DNA from: an uncultured Selenomonadaceae bacterium | Lineage (GTDB): Bacteria > Bacillota > Negativicutes > Selenomonadales > Selenomonadaceae | Reading direction: 5' to 3' | Assembly (NCBI GenBank): GCA_905234045.1 | Contig: CAJOGS010000002.1 | Coordinates: 1-45,359 of the forward strand | DNA length: 45,359 bases | Shown: positions 35,578 through 45,026 of the stretch, one piece after another | Numbering within the stretch: position 1 is the stretch's first letter | Layout of the letters: each line of letters starts with the position of its first letter | Program-made: the position numbers and the translations under genes | The notes under the pieces: generated by a model | Databases searched by the model: none | Seen by the model: only the letters and a program-made list of their open reading frames with translations | Told to the model about the DNA's origin: nothing

Positions 35578-36921
35578 ATGAAAAAAATGAAAAAAATAAA
35601 TAAAATGATACTTTCGGCACTTATTCCAATATTTATTTGTTCGCCTGTGTCAGCAGAGCGCATTGATATGACGCTTGACGAAGGCGTTAAACTAGCACTT
35701 GAACGCAGTTATTCTATTGAAGAAAGCGCGGCAGATTTAGACAGTGCTTATTGGCGTTTAAGAGAGACGCGCCGAAATACCGGATTAAATTTCAGCTGGT
35801 CAACATCTGCAAACGCCGTTGGAGGTAAGGCTTACAACGGTTGGGGACACAGGGAATTTTCTAACCAATTATCAGCCACAATGCCGATTTATACCGGCGG
35901 AAAGTCTACAAATGATATTAAATCTGCCAGATTGGGACTTTCGGGGGCTGAACTCATTTTGGAACGCACAAAACAAGAAGTGCGTTATGCCATTGCCGCA
36001 GACTACTACAACATTTTGAAATGTAGAAATCAAATTGATGTTTATCGTGAATCTTTAAGAAATTTACAGGCTCATCTTGATAACGTAAAAATCAAAGTGC
36101 TTGCGGGAACTGTTGCTGAGAAAGATATTCTCAGTTCAGAAGTTTCATTGGCGCACGGCAAACAAAATTTGGTAACGGCGATAAATGATTATAATGTTGC
36201 GGTTGCCACATTCAACAAAGATGTCGGACTTCCTACCGAAACCGAAACAGTTGCCAGTGAATCTTTGGAGTATAAAAACTACCATTTAGATTTAAATGAA
36301 TGTGAAGAATATGCTTTGCTTTATCGCCCCGATCTTTTTCAAAAGGAATATGCATTGCTCCAAAGTAAAGCAGAAGTGGAATCTGCAAAGGCAGGGACGC
36401 GCCCTCAAGTAGACGCATCAGCCAGTAAAACTTTTGCGGGCGACGCGCCTTTCAAGTCCAATCAAGATAATTCAGACAGTTGGAAAGTCGGAATTTCGGC
36501 AAATTGGAATATTTTTGACAATCAAGTTACAAAAGCTCAGGTAAATCAAAGAAAAGCCGCCGTTCGTCGCGCCGAAGCCGAATTAAACGACAAAATTAAT
36601 GATGTAAAATTAGAAGTTCGCACGGCGTTTTTAAATCTTCAAGCGGCTGAGGAAAATATTCAAACAATGAAAGAAGCACTTGCACAAGCTGACGAAGATT
36701 ACAGAATCGAAATAGTAAGCTATGAAGCGGGCGTTGCAACTAACCTTGAAGTTATGGATGCAGAAGAAAAACTTGTCTCTGCGAAGTCAGATTACAACAG
36801 CGCACTTTATAACTACAATACCGCCAAAGCAAGCCTTGATAAAGCTATGGGCATTCCAATCGACTTAGATATTGTGCCTTACAGAACTGAAATTGAAGAG
36901 AATGCAGAGAAAGGAGAATAA
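35578..36921 (+). CDS. TolC-family outer-membrane efflux channel
   Basis: Signal peptide followed by two internally repeated helical/beta halves typical of outer-membrane factor proteins. It is the first gene of an OMF-MFP-RND operon. Confidence 0.85.
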   Translation: MKKMKKINKMILSALIPIFICSPVSAERIDMTLDEGVKLALERSYSIEESAADLDSAYWRLRETRRNTGLNFSWSTSANAVGGKAYNGWGHREFSNQLSATMPIYTGGKSTNDIKSARLGLSGAELILERTKQEVRYAIAADYYNILKCRNQIDVYRESLRNLQAHLDNVKIKVLAGTVAEKDILSSEVSLAHGKQNLVTAINDYNVAVATFNKDVGLPTETETVASESLEYKNYHLDLNECEEYALLYRPDLFQKEYALLQSKAEVESAKAGTRPQVDASASKTFAGDAPFKSNQDNSDSWKVGISANWNIFDNQVTKAQVNQRKAAVRRAEAELNDKINDVKLEVRTAFLNLQAAEENIQTMKEALAQADEDYRIEIVSYEAGVATNLEVMDAEEKLVSAKSDYNSALYNYNTAKASLDKAMGIPIDLDIVPYRTEIEENAEKGE

Positions 36922-36923
36922 AG

Positions 36924-38120
36924 TTGAAAAATTCACATTCAAAAAAATTGACAGGAATTATATCATTATTTATTTTTGCCCTAAGTGCAATGTTGACAGG
37001 TTGCGGGGAGGAAGAACAGGCACAAGGACCAATGCCTAAAATTGCAGTAAAGGCAATGAAAGTTTTAAAACAAGACGTGCCTATTAAATACGAATTTCCG
37101 GGACAATTAAAAGGTACTCAAGAAGTTGAAGTACATTCACGCCTTTCCGGCAGTGTTATGGAAAAATATGTACAAGGCGGCGACATGGTAAGCGCAGGCG
37201 ACAGACTTTATCGCATCGACTCCAGACAATATGAAACTGCCATACTTGAGGCTGAAGCGAATTTGCATAAAGCAGAGGCTGATTTAAGAAACGCCCGCGA
37301 AGATTTGGAAAGAGACGAAATGTTATTTAAAAGCAAGGCAGTTTCTGAACAGACAGTTACCAACAAACGCGCAGAAGTTGCGGCTAATGTTGCAACTGTA
37401 GAATCATATCAGGCGGCTTTGAGAAAAGCTAAAGAAAATCTTGACGATACCATTGTTTATGCTCCGATGAGCGGACAACTTTCATTAGACGACGTTGCAG
37501 TAGGAACTTATGCAACTGCAGGAACTACCAAACTTGTTACCATAGGTTCATTAAATCCTATTTATGTTCAATTCAGTGTCAGTGAATCCGAATATTTGAA
37601 CATAATCACAAAGGCAATAGAAAAAGATGAATTTGACAAAGAACAAGATCCGCCGGACATTAAAATTATTTTGTCCAACGGCAAAACTTATCCTTTTGAA
37701 GGCAGAATTATTGCGGCAGACCGTTCAATGAATGATAATTCAAACTCAATCAACATTAGAGCAAGTATTCCAAATGAATACGGCGTTTTAATGCCCGGTA
37801 TGTTTGCGCGTGTTCGTCTCTTGGATACTGTCGAAAAAGATGTAATGATTGTACCTCAACGCGCAGTACAACAACTGCTTGATGAAAATTTTGTATTGGT
37901 TGTAGGCAAAGACGGAAAATCACAATCAAAGAAAGTAACACTTGGCGAAAAAGTCGGCAGTTATTACATTGTTAAAAAAGGTCTCAATTCAGATGATACA
38001 GTAATTGTGGAAGGTCTTACAAATCTTCGTTCCGGTGCTGAAATTGATGTTACAACGGTTACAGCAGACGAAATGGGCTTTTCACTCCAAGATTCTTCCG
38101 AAATTGTAGATAAATCATAA
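36924..38120 (+). CDS. RND periplasmic adaptor (membrane fusion protein), lipoprotein
   Basis: TTG start 7 nt after AAAGGAGA. Lipobox LTGC. Coiled-coil hairpin region (ETAILEAEANLHKAEADLRNAREDLER) and lipoyl/beta-barrel blocks (IVYAPMSGQL, MPGMFARVRL). Confidence 0.85.
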   Translation: MKNSHSKKLTGIISLFIFALSAMLTGCGEEEQAQGPMPKIAVKAMKVLKQDVPIKYEFPGQLKGTQEVEVHSRLSGSVMEKYVQGGDMVSAGDRLYRIDSRQYETAILEAEANLHKAEADLRNAREDLERDEMLFKSKAVSEQTVTNKRAEVAANVATVESYQAALRKAKENLDDTIVYAPMSGQLSLDDVAVGTYATAGTTKLVTIGSLNPIYVQFSVSESEYLNIITKAIEKDEFDKEQDPPDIKIILSNGKTYPFEGRIIAADRSMNDNSNSINIRASIPNEYGVLMPGMFARVRLLDTVEKDVMIVPQRAVQQLLDENFVLVVGKDGKSQSKKVTLGEKVGSYYIVKKGLNSDDTVIVEGLTNLRSGAEIDVTTVTADEMGFSLQDSSEIVDKS

Positions 38121-38133
38121 GGGGGCGAATTTT

Positions 38134-41100
38134 TTGGCAAAGTTTTTTATTCATCGTCCAATTTTCGCCATTGTTATTTCCTTGATTATCGTTATTTGCG
38201 GAACTATTGCCGGTTTAGGGTTGCCTATTGCTCAATATCCTCAAATTACTCAACCTACTGTTGAGGTAACTACATATTACACCGGTGCTAATGCCTCTGT
38301 TATCAATCAAACGGTTGCACAAGTCATTGAACAACAAACAAACGGCACTCAAGGCATGGACTATATGAATTCAACGTCTGATGACAGCGGTTCCTATGTT
38401 TTGACAGTAAAATTTGATCTCGGTACCGATGCCGATATGGATACCGTACTTGTACAAAACAACGTTACAATCGCTCAATCAAGTTTGCCCAGTGATGTTC
38501 AAAGTTACGGTGTTACAACAAAAAAATCTTCAAGCGATATGGCTTTTGTTTTTGCGTTACTTTCGCCTAACGAGACTTTTAACAGAACTTTCTTGATGAA
38601 CTATGCAAAAGTTCACTTAATCGACAGCATTAAACGTATCAAAGGCGTTGGCGACGTAATGGAATTTGGCTCAACTTATTCCATAAGAGTTTGGCTGAAT
38701 CCCGATAAATTATCTGAATTGGGACTTACTTCAAGCGAAGTTGTAAGTGCCATAAAAGAACAGAATGTTCAAGCTCCTGCAGGAACTATAGGTCAATTAC
38801 CTGTTCCGAAAAATCAAGAAAAACAATACACCGGCAGTGTTGAGTCTCGTCTCAAAACTCCTGAAGAATTTGAAAATATTATCTTGAAAACTCAAAGTAG
38901 CGGGGCTTATATTCGTATAAAAGATGTCGGGCGCGTTGAAACAGGTGCAAAGACGACTTCACAAATTTCCAACGCAAACGGCGCACCTTGCGCGGGTTTT
39001 GCAATAAAATTGACAAATGACGCAAATGCTATGGAATGTATCGGCGAAGTAAAAAGAATTTTGGAAGAAGCCGAAAAAGATTTTCCTGATGACATTGAAT
39101 ATATAAAGGTTATTGACAGCACGGCATTTATTAACGAATCAATTCATGAAGTTGTTCAAACCTTTAAAGAAGCGTTAATTTTGGTTATAATCATTGTATA
39201 TCTCTTCCTCCAAAGTTGGCGCGCCACTTTAATTCCTGTTTTGGCAATTCCTGTTTCACTTGTCGGAACGTTCGCAAGTTTTACTCTTTTAGGATTTTCA
39301 ATTAATACACTGACACTTTTTGCAATGGTTTTGGCGATAGGTCTGGTTGTTGACGATGCTATTGTTGTTATTGAAAATGTTGAACAGCATATGAAACAGG
39401 ACGGTTTAAAACCTGTTGAAGCAACCGAAGTAGCAATGGAAGAAGTTCAAGGCCCGGTTGTCGCTATTGCGTTTGTATTGTCGGCTGTTTTCATTCCTGT
39501 AGCATTTCTTGCAGGTACTACAGGTGTTTTGTATCGTCAATTTGCTTTAACCATTGCCGTTTCAATGGCAATTTCGGCATTCGTTGCAATGTCGCTTACT
39601 CCTGCACTTTGTGCAATGTTAATGAAAGAACATGATCCCAACGCAAAGAAAAATGCGTTGGATAAATTCTTTGACGCTTTCAATAACTGGTTTGACAGAA
39701 TGCAAAACAAATATACAGGCGCGGTCGGCTGGTTTATCAATCATACAAAGACAAGCGTTTTATCTTTGATTATCATCTGTGTATTGACTGGATTTTTATA
39801 TAAAATTTTGCCTTCAACTTTGGTACCTGATGAAGATCAAGGTTATTTTGTCGCCGCTGTCCAGTTACCGGAAGGTACTTCGCTTAATCGCACTTACGAT
39901 ACAATGGACACGCTGACTAAAGAAATCGAAGAAATTGCCGGTATTCAAAATGTTATGGCTATCGCAGGTTATGATGTACTTTCTTCAAGTACCAAATCTA
40001 ATACGGGAACTTTTTTTATAAATCTTGATTCTTGGGGCGAACGCAAAACTGATGAACTTGCAATTACTGCCATTATCGAAAAAGTTAAAATGCAAATCAC
40101 CCCGAATCATTTTTAATGGCTGTTCTTCCGCCGTCATTGCCCGGCTTAGGTATGGTCGGCGGCTGGAGTATGGAACTTCAAGACATGACAAGTCATTCTG
40201 ACGACGAACTTAACGAAACTGTCAAAAATATTTTAATGGAGGCTAATCAGAGACCGGAATTGGCAATGGTTTATACCACTTTTTCTACCGATTCACCTAT
40301 CTGCAAATTTGACATTGACAGAGACAAAATTAAACAACTCGGAATCAGTCTTTCAGATGTTTTCACGGCGTTACAGGTAAATTACGGCGGGGCGCAAGTT
40401 GATGACTTTGTTCAATTCGGTCGTACCTATAAAGTTGTCTTGCAATCTGATTCTCAATTCCGTTCTGAAGCTGAGGCTTTAAAATTCAGTTTCGCTAAAA
40501 ATAATGCAGGCGCAATGGTTCCGCTTGATACTTTGCTGACACCGAAAATGAATACTTCAGCGTCGGTTATTTCAAGATTTAACGGCGCACGCAGTGTAAC
40601 AATTCAAGGCTCGGTCGGTGAAGGTTTTTCTTCAGGTCAGGCTCTTGCCGCTATTGAAGAAATTGCCAAAAAACACGCCAGCGGCGGCTATTCCATTGAA
40701 TGGTCGGGACAATCCCGCGAAGAGAAAAAATCTGAAGGTACTACCGGACAAGTTTTAATGCTTTCAATTATTTTCGTCTTCCTGTGCCTTGCCGCACTTT
40801 ATGAAAGTTGGAGCGTGCCTTTCGCAGTTCTGCTGACAGTTCCTACAGGACTTTTCGGCGCGTTTTTGGTTCAATACGGTCTCTTAATGATAGAAGCCAT
40901 GTGCGGTTATATTAATCCCGGTTTACAAAACAGCATTTATATGCAAATCGGTGTTTTAATGCTTATGGGCTTGGCGGCGAAAAACGCAATTTTGATTGTA
41001 GAATTTGCAAAGGCGCGTGTTGATGCCGGAATGGAACCTGTAAAAGCGATTATTGAAGGCGCGGGCTTACGTCTTCGCCCGATACTGATGACTTCACTGG

Positions 41101-41312
41101 CGTTTATTCTCGGTTGTATGCCTTTGGCATTGGCAAGCGGCGCAGGTGCAGCCGCACGTAATTCTATGGGTACTGCGGTTGTCGGCGGTATGTTCTTCGC
41201 CGTTGTTCTCGGTTTATTCTTAATCCCTGTTATGTATTTTGTGGTTATTTGGCTTACAAATAAATCTGTTCGTCAAAAGAAAACTGAAGATAAACCTGAA
41301 AATGTTGCTTAG
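38134..41312 (+). pseudogene. AcrB-like RND permease interrupted by a frameshift at 40110-40116 (ORFs 38134-40116 and 40116-41312)
   Basis: Canonical N-terminus MAKFFIHRPIFA. The 660-aa and 398-aa pieces together make one ~1058-aa RND protein. The break falls in the periplasmic porter region just before the conserved PPSLPGLG block, not at a domain boundary. Confidence 0.8.
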
Positions 41313-41338
41313 TTTAGAAAAATAAAATTTACAAAAAA

Positions 41339-41372
41339 AATCCTCTGTCACAAAGGCAGAGGATTCTTTTAT
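41339..41372. terminator. Rho-independent terminator after the RND gene (bidirectional context)
   Basis: AATCCTCTG-tcacaaagg-CAGAGGATT followed by CTTTTATT and preceded by an A run. Confidence 0.65.
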
Positions 41373-41434
41373 TATGGCGTGTTGGTAAACTCGGTAGTCT
41401 TTTACTATCGCACTATCAGTTGATGAAATAAAAA

Positions 41435-42001
41435 CTAAAAATTATTAAAAATGCGGTCAAATAATCCGCGTTTTCTCAATGTCTCAAGATTTTCCTTAGA
41501 TTCATCAAGTTGCGCCTTTGCCTCTTTAATTTGATTGTGAAATTCATCAAGTTGCTGTTTGTAATTTTCCGCTTGTTGTTTTGTAACATCGTGCAAAGTT
41601 TTTTCAAGCGTCAATTTTGATTGTAAATCGTTCGATTGCGCTTCAATAGCAAGAATTTTTTTCTCGGACGCCAACATTAACTTTTGATTCTCGTTTAATT
41701 CTTCTTGCGCTTGAATTAATTTTGCTTGAGCCACTATTAAAAGTTGGCGCAAATTTTCATTCTCTTGCTTAAGTTCTTCGATTCGTTCCGATTCTGCTTG
41801 CTCCAAAACTGCCACTTGTGAAAAATTGCGTAATTTGTCAATAGTTTTAATTGCATCTTCGTCAAACTGCCAGCCCTCAGAATTTTGTTGAGCGTGTTCT
41901 ACTCCTCCGGCATTTATAGTTTCCAAATTTTTACTGATGAAATACTGAACGCCTTGTCTTGTCAATCCATAGCGATTCATTAAATCTTTTACACTGTACA
42001 T
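41435..42001 (-). CDS. HTH + long coiled-coil protein (plasmid KfrA/DUF536-like architecture)
   Basis: ATG at 42001 follows GCAGGGGG; the track start at 42079 lies inside the tandem repeat. The N-terminus MYSVKDLMNRYGLTRQGVQYFISKN is HTH-like. The remainder is heptad-rich Q/E/K/L coiled coil. Confidence 0.6.
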   Translation of the reverse strand: MYSVKDLMNRYGLTRQGVQYFISKNLETINAGGVEHAQQNSEGWQFDEDAIKTIDKLRNFSQVAVLEQAESERIEELKQENENLRQLLIVAQAKLIQAQEELNENQKLMLASEKKILAIEAQSNDLQSKLTLEKTLHDVTKQQAENYKQQLDEFHNQIKEAKAQLDESKENLETLRKRGLFDRIFNNF

Positions 42002-42007
42002 AAAATA

Positions 42008-42688
42008 CCCCCTGCAAGTTTCTTGCTCAACTTTTATAAAAATCGCTTGAAAAGCCCGTCGCCACGCTGTCAAGTCCACTGCAAGTACTTGCTATTTTTC
42101 CATTTTTTCAACGAATTTTATCAGCCGCCATGTATCTGCTGACAAATACCCCTGCAAGTTTCTTGCTCCACTTGCTCAACTTTTGTAAAAATCACTTGAA
42201 AAGCCCGTCGCCACGCTGTCAAGTCCACTGCAAGTACTTGCTGTTTTTCCATTTTTTCAACGAGTTTTATCAGCCGCCATGTATCTGCTGACAAATACCC
42301 CTGCAAGTTTCTTGCTCCACTTGCTCAACTTTTATAAAAATTGCTTAAAAAGCCCGTCGCCACGCTGTCAAGTCCACTGCAAGTACTTGCTATTTTTCCA
42401 TTTTTTCAACGAGTTTTATCAGCCGCCTTGTACCTGCTGACAAATACCCCTGCAAGTTTCTTGCTCCACTTGCTCAACTTTTATAAAAATTGCTTAAAAA
42501 GCCCGTCGCCACGCTGTCAAGTCTCCTGCAAGTACTTGCTATTTTTCCATTTTTTCAACGTGTTTTATCAGCCGCCGTGTATCTGCTGACAAATGCCCCT
42601 GCAAGTTTCTTGCTCCACTTGCTCAACTTTTATAAAAATTGCTTAAAAAGCCCGTCTCCACGCTGTCAAGTCCACTGCAAGTACTTGC
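42008..42688. repeat. Tandem array of about 4.6 copies of a 149-bp unit (first copy 141 bp), each with two palindromic sites
   Basis: Units start at 42008, 42149, 42298, 42447 and 42596. Each holds the perfect palindrome GCAAGTACTTGC (42081, 42230, 42379, 42528, 42677) and GCAAG-TTT-CTTGC. Copies differ by a few substitutions and one 9-bp indel (CACTTGCTC). Confidence 0.95.
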
Positions 42689-42775
42689 ACATTTTAAATC
42701 ACAACTTTTGAGTTGGCAATGTTTTTTTATTTTAACAAACAATCTTCTTGACATTACAAATTTTTACTGAGAAAT

Positions 42776-42828
42776 AAAAAAACGCCCTAAGGGCTCAAAT
42801 TTGCCCGTTAAGGCGTTTAAAATTTTTT
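42776..42828. terminator. Long hairpin terminator downstream of rep (A run / T run flanked)
   Basis: AAACGCCCTAAGGGC-tcaaattt-GCCCGTTAAGGCGTTT, flanked by AAATAAAAAAA and AAAATTTTTT. Confidence 0.55.
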
Positions 42829-42957
42829 ATTGAGTTTTTTACCTAAAAATGATTAGATGGGGCTTCCTGACGATTCTGGAGCAAATACGGCGGTATAAAA
42901 TTTCTCCATGTCAAGTTAATGTAACAATCATCAAAAATTTTGTCGAATTTAATGAAT

Positions 42958-44214
42958 TTATTTTTTGGTATTTTTTAAAAATTTTTCTTTGAACTCCTTC
43001 AAAGTCCAGCCGACACTTTTTAACATTGAATCGGCAAATTTTTTATTTTTGGAATCGCCCAACATTTCAATAATAATTTCTTGAATTTCCACAGAAAGTT
43101 CTCTTCTTGTCGGTTGCATAATTCCCAAAGGATCAAGTTCTTCTTTCCGCTTGCGATTGTTTTCAAAAATTTTGCTTGGAGTGGTAATTTCTGCAGTTTT
43201 ACTGACTTTTGTTTTTGAATAACGCTTCGGCATTGAACTCCAATTTTCAACAATCGCCTTTCTTAAAAATCCCAGTTCATTCTCAACAGTGATTTTTTGT
43301 TTTTGCAAAATTTTTTGTGCCTTTGAAATTCTCTTCAAACAATCGTCTTCATCAATACACGCCGAAAAAATATCTTTAGCCGCCGCTAAACTGAATCCCA
43401 ATTCACGCAATTTTTTTATCGCACTGTTGATGTACACCAAACGCTCATCTTCAACAGGGACTGCGAAAGTATTCATGTGAAATTCAAAACCTGTAACACG
43501 CCTGCCCTGTTTTATAACCTTGTAGCTCATTCGGTAAATCGTTTTTGCGTTTATCTCAGCTATCGGATCATCAAGAACGAATTTGCGAAAATTATCAAGT
43601 CTTCCGACATAAGCGTCTTTTGGTACATTTAAATAAAATCTCAAATTTTCAATGTTAATTTCGCGTACTATGTCTTGACTTATTTGAAATTCTGACATGT
43701 TCTGATATTGCAGCATTAATTCTACCAATCGCCACGAGTAAGGCGAAGTCAGATAAAAAACTTGATCTATGCTAATTTTGGTATACCCCTTAGAGTTGAA
43801 CAAATCCAATAAGTACGGGCGCATAGACTCGTCAAACTTCAAATAAAGCCCTTCATTTGGCTCATATTTTAAGCGACTAAAAAGGTGCATTAAGACGAAA
43901 CCGCCGTTGTCTTTGTCCAACTCTATTATTGTGTCAAACAGTCTCTTGCATGCCGGTTTTAAGTCGTGCAAATATTTCGTGTTGCCGCCAAACAAATTCA
44001 CGAGTGTTGAAGTCGGTATGAACAACTCGGGGAACTTTTCATCGTACATTTTGTCGTTCATCGACAAATGCGGGTTAAGTCCGCGTAATCCCAACGAAAA
44101 AATCCTCATTCCAAGCGTGTCAAAAACTTTTCGAGCTTGCATCAGGGGGTTGCTCTGGTAGATGTCTCTCCTCAAAATCAGAGGCGGATCTTTTTTGCGT
44201 CCCAAATCTGCCAT
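42958..44214 (-). CDS. Rep_3/RepB-type plasmid replication initiator
   Basis: ATG at 44214 lies 7 nt after GGAGAGA. The N-terminal IYQSNPLMQARKVFDTLGMRIFSLGL matches the Rep_3 pattern (ksN.li.a.y.ls..e.rl). Iterons lie immediately upstream. Confidence 0.8.
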   Translation of the reverse strand: MADLGRKKDPPLILRRDIYQSNPLMQARKVFDTLGMRIFSLGLRGLNPHLSMNDKMYDEKFPELFIPTSTLVNLFGGNTKYLHDLKPACKRLFDTIIELDKDNGGFVLMHLFSRLKYEPNEGLYLKFDESMRPYLLDLFNSKGYTKISIDQVFYLTSPYSWRLVELMLQYQNMSEFQISQDIVREINIENLRFYLNVPKDAYVGRLDNFRKFVLDDPIAEINAKTIYRMSYKVIKQGRRVTGFEFHMNTFAVPVEDERLVYINSAIKKLRELGFSLAAAKDIFSACIDEDDCLKRISKAQKILQKQKITVENELGFLRKAIVENWSSMPKRYSKTKVSKTAEITTPSKIFENNRKRKEELDPLGIMQPTRRELSVEIQEIIIEMLGDSKNKKFADSMLKSVGWTLKEFKEKFLKNTKK

Positions 44215-44348
44215 AAAAAATCTCTCCAAACGTAGTAAAATGCGCGTTGCAATAAGGATTTTAGAGTATCAAAACCCAAAAGTCAACGACAAATGAGAAA
44301 GATTATCCTAGCTAAAAAAACGTTCAGAAGGATAATTGCTCTCAGCAG

Positions 44349-44526
44349 GATAAAAAAGCTAGGTTTATGAAAAGTTTTTCAGATAAAAAAGCTAGGGGTA
44401 TAAGATAAAAAAGCTAGGGAAATAGGTCCGATTTTTCGCGTCCCCACTAGGCGTCGCGCGCGCCTAAAACAATAAGGAAAACATTGTTAAAAAACAAAAA
44501 CAGGATTTTTAGATAAAAAAGCTAGG
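44349..44526. repeat. Iterons: four perfect direct copies of GATAAAAAAGCTAGG upstream of rep
   Basis: Copies at 44349, 44382, 44404 and 44512, with spacings of 33, 22 and 108 bp. A GC-rich palindrome TAGGCG-tcgcgcg-CGCCTA (44448-44466) sits between copies 3 and 4. Confidence 0.75.
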
Positions 44527-44568
44527 GAAATAAAATTGACTTTCGCGTCACAACGCCATTGTTGTTAA

Positions 44569-44740
44569 AATCGAAAAATTTCGAAAAAAATTTTTCGATT
44601 GATTTCTGAAAATCCTTTTCAGAAATCTCCCCAAAAAAAGTTCGTTCTTTTGACTAATCCCGTCAAATCAACATTTGTAGCAACTTTAGCCGAAAATCGA
44701 AAAAACGACCAAAAAAAGCGAAAAATTTTTCGCTTTTTTT
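44569..44740. promoter_or_regulatory. AT-rich, hairpin-dense putative origin (unwinding) region
   Basis: Three inverted repeats: AATCGAAAAA...TTTTTCGATT (44569-44601), GATTTCTGAAAA-tcc-TTTTCAGAAATC (44601-44627), and the palindrome AAAAAAGCGAAAAATTTTTCGCTTTTTT (about 44713-44740). Confidence 0.4.
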
Positions 44741-45026
44741 ACAAAATTGGAAAAACTAAAAATCAAAAATCGAACTTCCAAACTTCGAAAAAGCAAAAAC
44801 GTGATTTTAGCGTCAAATGGTTGAAAAAGAAGGAAAGATTGAGTTGTAATGCGTAATAACACGGAAGTTTACGGTAAATCAAGCAAACAAAAGGAGTAAC
44901 GAGGGGTAACGAGAATGAGAAATTTCAAGCGAACAGGCAAAATCTCAGCATAACAAACCCCACACCACATAAGAAAATCCCTAAAAGTCAAAACGTCAGC
45001 ATCCTAGAAAAACCAAAGGGTCAGGC

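Noticed and set aside
38134-41312. Naturally two-part RND transporter instead of a frameshifted gene
   Set aside because: The split is not at the pseudo-symmetry boundary (about residue 500) but inside the second periplasmic loop, directly before a conserved block. A single-T change in a T5 run restores one frame. I still flag it as needing read-level confirmation.
42008-42688. Possible CRISPR array (regular repeats)
   Set aside because: The units are directly abutting 149-bp copies with no unique spacers. The 45027-45359 repeats are 130 bp long with only one spacer visible. Neither fits CRISPR repeat/spacer dimensions, and no cas genes are present.
42121-42711. Three ORFs (42121-42306 minus, 42341-42589 plus, 42490-42711 plus) inside the 149-bp tandem array
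   Set aside because: Their open frames are generated by the repeat itself: two of them encode almost the same peptide one unit apart. They have no SD or start context, and they lie on both strands of the same repeat. I treat them as non-coding repeat DNA.
44599-44856. 85-aa ORF in the origin region
   Set aside because: It is a Lys/Phe-rich low-complexity translation of A/T-rich hairpin DNA with no SD. It overlaps the inverted repeats that are better explained as origin structure.
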